Shown: one piece after another, positions 1 through 8,850 of the stretch
How the letters are laid out: every line of letters starts with the position of its first letter
How positions within the stretch are numbered: position 1 is the first letter of the stretch
IMG/VR virus record: IMGVR_UViG_3300005758_000087
Coordinates: 1-64,000 of that record
Origin: a virus
Lineage: Duplodnaviria; Caudoviricetes
Strand: one strand, 5' to 3'
DNA: 64,000 nt
Program-made: the position numbers and the translations under genes
The notes under the pieces: model-generated
The model's database searches: none
Told to the model about the DNA's origin: nothing
What the model saw: only the letters and a program-made list of their open reading frames with translations

Positions 1-401
1 CCTTGCTTTCTTGTTCCGGCTTGCACTGCATGTCCAATTCTATGAGCCATCATCCACGGTGTCAACATAACTTTACTATCGCCCGTGTTGCCAACGAACA
101 CGATAGTAATTGCATCTTCACTGGCTTGAATAATTTGATTTGCATACTGACCAAATATTTCTTGTATATATTTTGGATCCATTGGACCATACTCACTGTA
201 CTTACCCGTACCAGATATATTACTAAAGAACAATCTAAAGTCATATGGAGTTTTTTCAAAGAACCTAGCAGTTTTTAATTGGTTAGTAGGATGCGGTACT
301 AATTTTTTGTCCGCTCCTCTAAAAGGTCCTGGCTTTTCAAAATCACCGATTGGTTGATAATCAGCTAGGGGTGCTTCGGTAATAAACTCAATAGCTCTCA
401 T
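1..401 (-). CDS. Hypothetical protein, 3'-truncated by the window edge; putative capsid-internal protein
   Basis: Not in the ORF track. Manual translation from the ATG at 401 (TAATG overlap with the dps stop) gives MRAIEFITEAPLADYQPIGDFEKPGPF...WMMAHRIGHAVQAG, open to position 1. Confidence 0.75.
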   Translation of the reverse strand, partial: MRAIEFITEAPLADYQPIGDFEKPGPFRGADKKLVPHPTNQLKTARFFEKTPYDFRLFFSNISGTGKYSEYGPMDPKYIQEIFGQYANQIIQASEDAITIVFVGNTGDSKVMLTPWMMAHRIGHAVQAGTRKQ

Positions 402-844
402 TATGCTCTTTCGCGTTTTAAAATGCTTCTAAGCATCCAGCCGTGTTTTCCGTGTGCATCAATTCTACTAGCAATGAAATCTGCAATACCTTGCTCATTT
501 TCTTCTTCTGCAATAACAAACATTTCTTTCCACATGGATAATATTTTAGCATTATCAGACAACAATTCAGCTATCATTAATTCAGCGCGAGGTATTTTAA
601 TTTGATCAGACACGATACTTAACTCTGCAAATCTAGTGATACTCCCAGGAGTGTAATGATCCAATACTCTTATATATTCTGCTGTTCTGTCGATGGCGTT
701 TTCGTTTATTTCCGAATACAAATCATCTAAAAATTTATGGTATTGTGGGAAATCAGGACCCTCAACGTTCCAGTGAAAGTTTTGAACTTTTATTTGAAAC
801 ACATAACTACTTGCTAATGCGATTTTTAAGCTGTCTACTAACAT
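401..844 (-). CDS. dps: Dps / ferritin-like DNA-protection protein
   Basis: NFHWNVEGPDFPQYHKFLDDLY..D..AE signature and C-terminal H.K..WML of Dps; 147 aa. Confidence 0.9.
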   Translation of the reverse strand: MLVDSLKIALASSYVFQIKVQNFHWNVEGPDFPQYHKFLDDLYSEINENAIDRTAEYIRVLDHYTPGSITRFAELSIVSDQIKIPRAELMIAELLSDNAKILSMWKEMFVIAEEENEQGIADFIASRIDAHGKHGWMLRSILKRERA

Positions 845-855
845 AATTTATCCTA

Positions 856-2049
856 TTAATGGAACAATAAATAAGTTCCCAAAACATCTGCGCGGTTTGC
901 ACTATCGTCACCGTCACCCGGTTTTACAATGACGTTATATATTGCTTTGTCACCTTCCGGAATACGCATCATTTCATCATATGTGATGATTGACTTAGGA
1001 TTAACATTGTATTTTTGTCCTAAGTCTAATTTTAATTGATTCAGGTCTTGCTGGCTTTTGTATTGCCATTTACCGCTTGTATCTTTTTGTAATATGTTTG
1101 CAAACATATCTTTTGGCACTACCCTGCTGTGTTTAACTTTTTGAAAGTCAATTTTCTTTTCTTGTTTTGGTTGGGCGCCGCCGCTGAAATTAATTCTGAA
1201 GTTTTTAGGTTTCGCACCACTAGCGACATCAGCTATTTTGGTGTATGCGTAAAATTTAACATCGGGATGCATGTTTGCAACATCGTATGCCAAATTTAGA
1301 TATTCTGGGCTAAAGAAGTCACCAGCGTCATGCCATCTGATTATTACTTGTGTATTCTTTTTAGCGTATTTTTTTTCTTCTTTTGAAATCTCTTCGTTCA
1401 ACTTATTTTTGAACCCTTCCGGATCGTTCAATAAAAAGTTTAATATTCTTGACTGACTCATTGAAGTAGCTTTCCACTGAACATATCCGCCCTTCATTGC
1501 ATAACAATAAATTTGACAGGCTCCTGCCCCCGGGCATGTATCCACCACCACAAAATCATTTGTATCTTCATCTACTGCTAATCCTTTAAGTGCCGGCAGA
1601 CCTATATTAAAAAATATACTAGAGCTACCATCACTGTGCACCATTTTTTCATTTTGCTTTAAAAGTTTTTCAGGGCGTTTTTTAATTTCTGCTTTTAATT
1701 TTTCTAAATCAAACTTTTTACCCGTTTCGCTATCTATAATTGGTATGTTGCTACCATGAATATATGGATTTTTGTATTTGTCTGTTTTTTTCTTTTCTTT
1801 GCCTAAAATTCTTTCTAGATAACTAGTCATTTCAGGTTCATCCATCTTACGTGTTCTGGCACCGAGCATTTTTTCTGCTTCGTACATCTCTTCGGCTACG
1901 CGACTTTCAGGGTCATCACTGCCTACAAACTGCTGCAAACTCACCACCTTAATTCCAGGTAATGCATCTCCAAAATCACTAGTTAAATTTTTGGCTTTTT
2001 TGGCCTTTAATTTTTTAGCTTCAACTAATAACAAATCTTTTATTTTCAT
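856..2049 (-). CDS. Gp88-like protein with CX5CX3C cysteine cluster
   Basis: TCPGAGACQIYCYAMKG and IRWHDAGDFF...YAYTK motifs recalled from the phage Gp88 family; N-terminus MKIKDLLLVEA. Confidence 0.55.
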   Translation of the reverse strand: MKIKDLLLVEAKKLKAKKAKNLTSDFGDALPGIKVVSLQQFVGSDDPESRVAEEMYEAEKMLGARTRKMDEPEMTSYLERILGKEKKKTDKYKNPYIHGSNIPIIDSETGKKFDLEKLKAEIKKRPEKLLKQNEKMVHSDGSSSIFFNIGLPALKGLAVDEDTNDFVVVDTCPGAGACQIYCYAMKGGYVQWKATSMSQSRILNFLLNDPEGFKNKLNEEISKEEKKYAKKNTQVIIRWHDAGDFFSPEYLNLAYDVANMHPDVKFYAYTKIADVASGAKPKNFRINFSGGAQPKQEKKIDFQKVKHSRVVPKDMFANILQKDTSGKWQYKSQQDLNQLKLDLGQKYNVNPKSIITYDEMMRIPEGDKAIYNVIVKPGDGDDSANRADVLGTYLLFH

Positions 2050-2067
2050 TTTAAAAATTACCTATAA

Positions 2068-4698
2068 TTATTTTGATTTACTTCCCCAGTTTTTGGCGCC
2101 TTTTTTCCTACATTGCACTAAAGCACCACTAGCATATGCGCTAGGCCAAACTTTATAACGGCTTTTTACTTTGTAGTAGCAAGCATCTTTCTTTTCATTA
2201 ATCATTTCTTCAGAGTACATTGCACCGCCGCATTCAGGGCACATTTCATGACCTTCCGCTACACCTTGCTTTCTAAACACTCCACCACTCTTAAAAATGG
2301 CCACAATGTCTTTAGCAGAATCATTGCCACTGCTGCTGTAATTTAGCTTACCACTTCTAGTAACTTGTCCTTCGGCCCATCCATACCAACCTGGATCTTC
2401 TGTGTTGTGTTCAACTTCTACAAATTGTCTTGTGGGACTAGTCCAACGATATACATTGCCTTCTTGAGTTGGTGTGTATCCCAATTGCTGTAGCTTTGCA
2501 TCTAGTTTTTGTATGAAACTTGTTTTCTTCTTCAGAGTATCAGAATGAGCAAAACCTTTAGAAACTTTTTCGGCTTGACTCATTTTATCCACTTGTTTGC
2601 CAAGCTTCGGATCAACATCGTGCCAAGTTTTGGGATGCTCGCCTTCCGCCACACCTTCATTACTCTTTTTCTTTGTAGCTACATTGATAGCTGGTCCACT
2701 ACGTTCTGGATTTGGATCTTCTCTACGCTTACGTGCTGCCGCACTTGCACGACCCTTCTTACCTAAACTATGTGCTTTACTTTGTGGTAAACATTTTGGT
2801 TTGCCTTCACTGTCATCACCCCTAGCGCAAGGGCCCATTATTTTTCCCTGAGGATTAAATCTTACCCATTTTTCACGAAACCATTTTTTAAGGTCTTCAG
2901 TTACATCAATATCATTATTTTCGGTTTCTTTTACGTTGTATTTCTTTTTTAATTCTGCCGCTTTTTTATATCTCTCTTCGTCAGGAAGATCGAATGTAGC
3001 CTTTAACTCTTTATAATAATTGGGGTCAGGTAGTCCCGACTTTTTACGTAGTTCTTGATGACGCTTGTGCAGTTTGTCTTGTGCCGAACCTTCTACTATA
3101 TCTTTACCAGTTAGCTCAGTATATTCATTCCAGTAGAAATCCAAATCATCTTGCAAAACTGATTGTGCAAATTTGGACCCATATTTTTGGTCTAATAGAC
3201 TCCATAATTCTTCACCAAACTCATCACGGTCATAATCACTTACTTCGCTGGCAATGCGTTTGACCATGGGCATTACACAATTGAAAGTTCTATCTCCTAA
3301 AAAACCTTCCGCCACACCTTGCTCTTTCAATGGATAAGGCAAAGTTTTAATGCCTTTATACATTGACTGAACTTTGTTATAACGCTTAGTTTCTTTTTCT
3401 GCGTCTGGCAACGAACCTTGATTATAATGCCCCAAGACACGACCAAAATGTTTTGAAGCAACTACCTCAGGATGTTCTTTGCCTTTAACTGCTCTTTTGA
3501 CGCCTTTAACAATGTCAGAGAAGCCTTCCGCTACACCTTGCTTCATATCAACTACTGCGGCTCTTGTTCCGTGGTCGTTGTGTTCTCGGGCCACATATTG
3601 TTGTGCCCTGATTATAGCGACCTCTTCATTTTTAGCCTCAACCCAGACAGAATATGACCGCTTTTGTCCTTTGACTACTACCTTATATTTGTTTGTTTCA
3701 GAGCCTTCCGCCACACCTTTCTTTTTCAATGTGTCAGGATGTGCTAGGCCTTTCTTGACCTTTTCAGCCTGCGACATTTTATCTACAGCTTTACCAAGTT
3801 TTGGATCAACATCATGCCAGGTCTTGGGATGAGGCTTCTTCTCACCTTCCGCCACACCTTGCTCGTCTAATGGGTCATCTCTGACTGTAGGGCGATATTC
3901 TTGGGGTTCTAGACCTCTTATAGCTCTGTACGCTGCATCTAAAATTTCCATTCGAGTAGGATGATCTAGCCTTGCATACCATGGTTGTTCTTGCAACTGA
4001 TCAAACACATCTCTGCGTTCTGCATTCGCAAAGTTTTCGTCGTAGTCCCAATATGTAAACGATACCTTCTTACCTTCGATGTCCAAAGTCAAAATCATTT
4101 GATCTAGATCGTAATCTTGATCAACGACTCTGATGCCTTCTGCTACACTTTTTGTGGAAAATTTTTGTAACTTATCTATCTCTTTGTTCTCTAAATATTC
4201 TCTTACAGAATTTAAATAATCATTGGCTTTTATTATTTTTTCTTGAACCCAACCTTCAATTCCATCAGATTCAGTTAAATCCTTTATTAGCTCATATATT
4301 TTTTTGGAATTTTTATTTGCACTTACTAAATCACTTCTAGCCATTTCTACTTCATGATCTTGCCTTAATAAATCTTTTTTATGAAAGCCGGGTTTGGGTC
4401 CCTTTTTAGATATTGGATTAATAATTAAATCCTGTTCATTAATTTCTTCTTCTTTGACTGCTATAGAATTAGGGAATTTTTTACTGGTTTTAATTCCGGA
4501 AAATATATTTCCTCCGCGCTTTTGCAATGAACCTACGGGTTGACTGACGGTAGCAACGGCCCCCGATGTAGTTGTCTCTTCAATTTTATCATCTTCTAGT
4601 ACTTCAGGATTTCTTCCAAATTTTGGTGCGGATGAAGGATTATTGCCAATTGGGGTGCTAGAAGGAGTAGTAGTTTCTAAAAGAGTTTTTATTTTCAT
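2068..4698 (-). CDS. Modular putative capsid-internal polyprotein with repeated GVAEG linkers
   Basis: 876 aa; seven VAEG motifs separate unrelated 40-100 aa modules; one module occurs twice. Confidence 0.7.
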   Translation of the reverse strand: MKIKTLLETTTPSSTPIGNNPSSAPKFGRNPEVLEDDKIEETTTSGAVATVSQPVGSLQKRGGNIFSGIKTSKKFPNSIAVKEEEINEQDLIINPISKKGPKPGFHKKDLLRQDHEVEMARSDLVSANKNSKKIYELIKDLTESDGIEGWVQEKIIKANDYLNSVREYLENKEIDKLQKFSTKSVAEGIRVVDQDYDLDQMILTLDIEGKKVSFTYWDYDENFANAERRDVFDQLQEQPWYARLDHPTRMEILDAAYRAIRGLEPQEYRPTVRDDPLDEQGVAEGEKKPHPKTWHDVDPKLGKAVDKMSQAEKVKKGLAHPDTLKKKGVAEGSETNKYKVVVKGQKRSYSVWVEAKNEEVAIIRAQQYVAREHNDHGTRAAVVDMKQGVAEGFSDIVKGVKRAVKGKEHPEVVASKHFGRVLGHYNQGSLPDAEKETKRYNKVQSMYKGIKTLPYPLKEQGVAEGFLGDRTFNCVMPMVKRIASEVSDYDRDEFGEELWSLLDQKYGSKFAQSVLQDDLDFYWNEYTELTGKDIVEGSAQDKLHKRHQELRKKSGLPDPNYYKELKATFDLPDEERYKKAAELKKKYNVKETENNDIDVTEDLKKWFREKWVRFNPQGKIMGPCARGDDSEGKPKCLPQSKAHSLGKKGRASAAARKRREDPNPERSGPAINVATKKKSNEGVAEGEHPKTWHDVDPKLGKQVDKMSQAEKVSKGFAHSDTLKKKTSFIQKLDAKLQQLGYTPTQEGNVYRWTSPTRQFVEVEHNTEDPGWYGWAEGQVTRSGKLNYSSSGNDSAKDIVAIFKSGGVFRKQGVAEGHEMCPECGGAMYSEEMINEKKDACYYKVKSRYKVWPSAYASGALVQCRKKGAKNWGSKSK
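2252..4148 (-). repeat. Dispersed 16-bp repeat AAGGTGTRGCGGAAGG (GVAEG linker)
   Basis: On the + strand CCTTCCGCYACACCTT at 2252, 2642, 3305, 3524, 3704 and 3845; degenerate copy at 4136-4148. Confidence 0.9.
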
Positions 4699-4719
4699 GA
4701 TATAATTCCGTATATCATG

Positions 4720-4727
4720 TATTTATC
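4720..4727 (-). promoter_or_regulatory. Putative late promoter GATAAATA
   Basis: Lies about 20 nt upstream of the polyprotein ATG; resembles the T4 late promoter TATAAATA; the same motif recurs before many genes. Confidence 0.65.
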
Positions 4728-4755
4728 TCTTTATTTAGAAAAGAGATTTATAAAA

Positions 4756-5637
4756 TCACTTCCTTAATAGGGGAGGAATTCCAGCACGTGATACTTTGAA
4801 GCCAAATGCTTTTGCATTTTTTGCAATAGCGTTGGGTTTTACATCGACAGTTAATGCAGTTTTAAATCTGGGATCGTTTTTTTCTTTTTCACTGGGAATA
4901 TATCCACTGGCACCCTCACCAATGGCTTCCGGTAGGCTAAGCTCTTTACTATGCAAATCATGCATTCTGTCGTATAATCTTTTTATTGTGCCTTTGCTAC
5001 GTAATGCTTTAAACGCTAGATTTTCAGGTCCAAACTCCCCATTTAAATCTAACCCGGCCTGTCGATATTTTTTAATATTTTTTAATACTTTTAGTATTTT
5101 TTCTAAGTTATTTGATTTGATCGCATATTCTGAAAGTTTAGCTAACTTTTCATATTTTAATTTAGCCGCCAACTGATCTAGTGCAGCTTTGCGTTTTCTG
5201 GGTAATCTTAACCATTTATCATCTAGTACAGAATATTCTCCTAAACTTATAACTGGTTCATTAATATCTTGAACGTATAACTCTACATCATACCCTTTTA
5301 TTTTGATATTATGCTCGTCGTTGTAAATTGTTTTTTTAGCGTGAAAAAACTCACGGTAAACATCATCATCTTTGAATTGATCCATGTCTACTAGAATATG
5401 TAAGTCTATGTCACTGTGTTTTGTGTATGTATATGCTGCATTACTTCCGGATAAAGTAATATCTTTCACATCTAAATTACTGATGCCCAAATGCTCCATA
5501 AAATCTTCTGCTATTAACAATAACTGCTTCCTTATAACAGGATTCATATTATCACCATCAAAAATAGCAGGATTTAAATGCTCATGAAAATGAATGGCAT
5601 CACTTAATTTAAAATCGAATAATTCTTTTGAGTTCAT
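4756..5637 (-). CDS. Pol-beta-superfamily nucleotidyltransferase with a C-terminal appended module
   Basis: hG-S and DxD motif LSGSNAAYTYTKHSDIDLHI plus third acid VELYVQD; start more likely at 5637 (MNSKELF) than 5664. Confidence 0.7.
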   Translation of the reverse strand: MNSKELFDFKLSDAIHFHEHLNPAIFDGDNMNPVIRKQLLLIAEDFMEHLGISNLDVKDITLSGSNAAYTYTKHSDIDLHILVDMDQFKDDDVYREFFHAKKTIYNDEHNIKIKGYDVELYVQDINEPVISLGEYSVLDDKWLRLPRKRKAALDQLAAKLKYEKLAKLSEYAIKSNNLEKILKVLKNIKKYRQAGLDLNGEFGPENLAFKALRSKGTIKRLYDRMHDLHSKELSLPEAIGEGASGYIPSEKEKNDPRFKTALTVDVKPNAIAKNAKAFGFKVSRAGIPPLLRK

Positions 5638-5649
5638 ACTGTATTTATG

Positions 5650-5676
5650 AAAAAAGGCTGTCAATGACAGCCTTTA
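5650..5676 (-). terminator. Intrinsic terminator
   Basis: AAAAAAGGCTGTCA-A-TGACAGCCTTTT hairpin downstream of the glycosyltransferase-like gene. Confidence 0.75.
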
Positions 5677-5693
5677 TATAAGCTAATTTATAA

Positions 5694-6617
5694 TTACTTT
5701 TTGCGTACTGCTTTTTTAGTTGTTTCCGGTGTAGCGTCAACCGGTGCTGCTACAGAAGGAACTGCTTGTTCATTTTGACGCTTTTTTACTTCTTCTACGT
5801 ACATTGGGCCTATCGTATTCAATAAATGATCTTGGTTTTCCATACAGAAAACGTAGGACCCACTATGACGCAATAGCACTCTCTTATCTACCCAAACTTT
5901 TCCGCCTAAATCACGCCAGTTTTCACAAAAGGTCCAATCTTCTGAATAATAACGACCCTGACGTACTGCGGTATCAAAATAAGTTTTTAAGTGCTTGTCG
6001 TATTTTGGATCTAGACCAATGTCATTTTTGTATGGCTTTACCGCAGGGTGGCTATTCATTTTATGAAAAACTTCTTTTTTCATCAATAAGAAGCCTGTAC
6101 CTGCTTTACTTACTTCTTGTAATCCATCAGGACCTTCTTCAGCACCCTCAAAGCCGTTAACTACCCATTTAATAGGCATAGTTTTCATAGGGTATAATCC
6201 ACCGATTACATCAACATTACGATTGAGTAACACTAATAGATGCCATGGCTCCCAACCAATGTCTGCATCTACAAAAAACAAATGCGTTGATTCTTCTTGT
6301 TCTAAGAATTTAGCTGTTAGTGTGTTTCGTGCTCGGCTAATCAAACTTTCATTAACCATAGTTTCTAAAGTCCAGTCGATTCCCAACTGTCTAGCAGTAT
6401 TTGCCCACTTTATAAAGCTCATGAATGTAGATTCAGTCAACATGCCACCGTAGCATGGCATGGCAATATGAACACGGGTAGTACGCAAATAATCTACATC
6501 AACTTGAACTTGACCAGGACCTGGTTTTTGTTGCTCTTGTTGCTTAGCTTGATTTTCTGCGATTTCTTGTACCTTTTCTACTGGTACTGTTTTCTTTGTT
6601 GGTTTTTTAGTAGCCAT
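5694..6617 (-). CDS. GT-A fold glycosyltransferase-like protein
   Basis: AMPCYGG, SLISRARN, FFVDADIGW (DxD), GTGFLL and YYSEDWTFC motifs. Confidence 0.6.
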   Translation of the reverse strand: MATKKPTKKTVPVEKVQEIAENQAKQQEQQKPGPGQVQVDVDYLRTTRVHIAMPCYGGMLTESTFMSFIKWANTARQLGIDWTLETMVNESLISRARNTLTAKFLEQEESTHLFFVDADIGWEPWHLLVLLNRNVDVIGGLYPMKTMPIKWVVNGFEGAEEGPDGLQEVSKAGTGFLLMKKEVFHKMNSHPAVKPYKNDIGLDPKYDKHLKTYFDTAVRQGRYYSEDWTFCENWRDLGGKVWVDKRVLLRHSGSYVFCMENQDHLLNTIGPMYVEEVKKRQNEQAVPSVAAPVDATPETTKKAVRKK

Positions 6618-6666
6618 CTAATCCTCATAAAAATGTATAATTATTTACATCAGGATTAGATGGTGA

Positions 6667-7584
6667 TTATTTTTCTTCTAGGTAATCTTGGCTTTCATTA
6701 ATAGATGGGGTAGCCGAAACTTTGCTGGGTCCATATACTATGGCTTCTCTGTTGAATCCGTGCAAATGCAAGTAGTCAAGTAGTTTAGGTACGTTTTTAT
6801 TAGGTATACCGGACTTGATTAAGTATTGGATCTTATTTCCTTTTCTATCGTTCCCTAACAGATATACATCAACCAAATCATTTGGACTAAGAACTATATT
6901 CTCATCTAATATTTCATGTTGAATGGATTTAGCTTCTTGTAATTTCTTCTTAAAGGCCAATAACTTATTATAGAAATTTTCAGTAAGTTGTAGATTTTTA
7001 TCAAATATAGGTTTTAATATTTTGGCCGCCTTAAGCCCATATAAATCAGTCAAAATTTTAGACCTAATATTATTATTTCCCTTAAAATAGGCTGCTCTGA
7101 TTGCGCTTGCATCGCGCATCGATTGCCCCAAAATAGGAAAATCGGCAACATCTGTGCTTATCACATATGCATGTTGCGTCATTGGTTTTTGTGGTCCTTT
7201 CACATATGGCTGTAAATAACTAGGATTTCCGTCTTTTTTAGATTGAAAACTAAATCGAGGGTCTTCTTGCATGTCTTTCTTGCTTACCCCAAATACCAAA
7301 ATAGTTTGCTCTGGATCTATTCCTGCGTTTTTAAATTTTTCTATATATTCTTGTGCTTGATACGGTTGCTTAACACTTATTATATTTTCTTTAGGAATTC
7401 CCAAAGCTATAGCCATTTTGGCTCGGTCACCTGCACTAAATGGACTTTTAGGCATTTCTTGTTTTTGACTTAACGCAAGATATGTATTGTTAATACCGAA
7501 TTCATTGGCTAGTTGATTAAAACTAGATGCGTGTCCTTTATGAAAGGGGTGAAATCTTCCGGGATATATAGCTATTACTTCCAT
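6667..7584 (-). CDS. HIGH-superfamily nucleotidyltransferase (cytidylyltransferase/NMNAT-like)
   Basis: N-terminal YPGRFHPFHKGH (HxGH) motif; SPFS..DR and MRDASAIR (KMSKS-like position). Confidence 0.7.
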   Translation of the reverse strand: MEVIAIYPGRFHPFHKGHASSFNQLANEFGINNTYLALSQKQEMPKSPFSAGDRAKMAIALGIPKENIISVKQPYQAQEYIEKFKNAGIDPEQTILVFGVSKKDMQEDPRFSFQSKKDGNPSYLQPYVKGPQKPMTQHAYVISTDVADFPILGQSMRDASAIRAAYFKGNNNIRSKILTDLYGLKAAKILKPIFDKNLQLTENFYNKLLAFKKKLQEAKSIQHEILDENIVLSPNDLVDVYLLGNDRKGNKIQYLIKSGIPNKNVPKLLDYLHLHGFNREAIVYGPSKVSATPSINESQDYLEEK

Positions 7585-7931
7585 TAATAAGTTACCTTAA
7601 TGTTATTGATCACACCTTGAGTCCATCCTTGTATCTTTGCTCTAATCCACACAAAATTACCAGTTATGTTAGTATAACTGATTTGAGATAAATTGTTACA
7701 TATTAGAGTGTGTACAGTAAACCAGTCATTATCAGTGGTTTCCGCTGGATCAGACGCTAGTGTGGCTTGAATTACTATGGTTCCCGTCAATGCGGTTATA
7801 TTCCAAGTAATTGTTTGTAGATCCGCATTTCCTAAATAATAGGCAGCGGCTGGCTTTTTAGAACCCCTTACTAAGGATTGCGTAGTATATGCTGTTTGAG
7901 GGAACAGTATTTCTGTGGTAGCCTGTGCCAT
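7584..7931 (-). CDS. Hypothetical beta-rich protein, probably virion-associated
   Basis: 115-aa ORF translationally coupled to both neighbours. Confidence 0.6.
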   Translation of the reverse strand: MAQATTEILFPQTAYTTQSLVRGSKKPAAAYYLGNADLQTITWNITALTGTIVIQATLASDPAETTDNDWFTVHTLICNNLSQISYTNITGNFVWIRAKIQGWTQGVINNIKVTY

Positions 7932-8098
7932 TATGCTTTTACCACTTCTACTACAACTGAATCGCCCACTAATTCTTGTGCAACTTGCTCTAAAGCTTGC
8001 TGAACATCTTGTGCAGCAATGCTTACAGAATCAGATTCTGAATCTTTTACAATCTTGCTGAATTTAACTACTAATACGTCTTCTATTATTTTTGCCAT
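7931..8098 (-). CDS. Small hypothetical protein (55 aa)
   Basis: Not in the track. Manual translation MAKIIEDVLVVKFSKIVKD...VVVEVVKA*; GGAG RBS; GATAAATA at 8124-8131. Confidence 0.7.
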   Translation of the reverse strand: MAKIIEDVLVVKFSKIVKDSESDSVSIAAQDVQQALEQVAQELVGDSVVVEVVKA

Positions 8099-8133
8099 GG
8101 TAAATACTCTCCATTATAGAGAGTATTTATCAC

Positions 8134-8850
8134 TTATTCAGGGCGTTTGAGTAGTTTGTATTTTTTATGAACCATACCGTCAAACATTAGCATAAAGAGT
8201 GTCAATGTACTTTCATCATCATAGTCTATGTAATAATGACTGCTGGTATAGAGTAATCGCCAATGATATGCCATATTTTTATTTGTATAGTGTTTTGCAT
8301 CGTCAAGCCAATTAGACAACGCATTACTAGGAACCATAACAGTTCCTGTTACGGAATACTTTTCTAGCCATTGTGATAATTTTAATGCAAATCCATCTTT
8401 TACTCTTTTACTTTTTAAATGAAATCTATATTTGTGTTTAGGTTCTTTAGTAAAATACTTGATTCCATCGGGAACCGTTTGATCCACTAATGTATAATCT
8501 ACTGTGCAGAACTTATTTTCCAATGTTTTTAGGAAATTTAAATCATTTGAAAAAACCGCCGCTACTCCACCCTCCATTCGAATAGTATAGGTTTTTTTAC
8601 TTTCTTTAGGAATAGATTTTTTCCAGTTAAAGAAATTAATTATACCGGACACATTTGCATTTTTAAAACGTCTATATTGATTTTTTAGCCGATTTACAAC
8701 ATCGGCTTCTGATTCTGCCCAGTAAACAACATCTAATCCTGCACAATAATATCTGGCTCTATATTGATATTTGTTATAAAATAGTGTGCCGCGCCTATCT
8801 ATATAACCCAAGGTATCGTTAGATATCTGTGTTAACTTGGATAATCCCAT
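8134..8850 (-). CDS. Hypothetical protein
   Basis: 238-aa ORF downstream of clpA; no motif recognised. Confidence 0.55.
   Translation of the reverse strand: MGLSKLTQISNDTLGYIDRRGTLFYNKYQYRARYYCAGLDVVYWAESEADVVNRLKNQYRRFKNANVSGIINFFNWKKSIPKESKKTYTIRMEGGVAAVFSNDLNFLKTLENKFCTVDYTLVDQTVPDGIKYFTKEPKHKYRFHLKSKRVKDGFALKLSQWLEKYSVTGTVMVPSNALSNWLDDAKHYTNKNMAYHWRLLYTSSHYYIDYDDESTLTLFMLMFDGMVHKKYKLLKRPE

Noticed and set aside
2252-3860. CRISPR mini-array interpretation of the 16-bp GVAEG repeats
   Set aside because: Repeats lie in frame within one ORF at irregular 140-660 bp spacing and are too short.
2509-5587. Several overlapping alternative-frame and antisense ORFs inside the polyprotein and NTase genes
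   Set aside because: Fully nested in longer, motif-bearing genes; no independent start signals.
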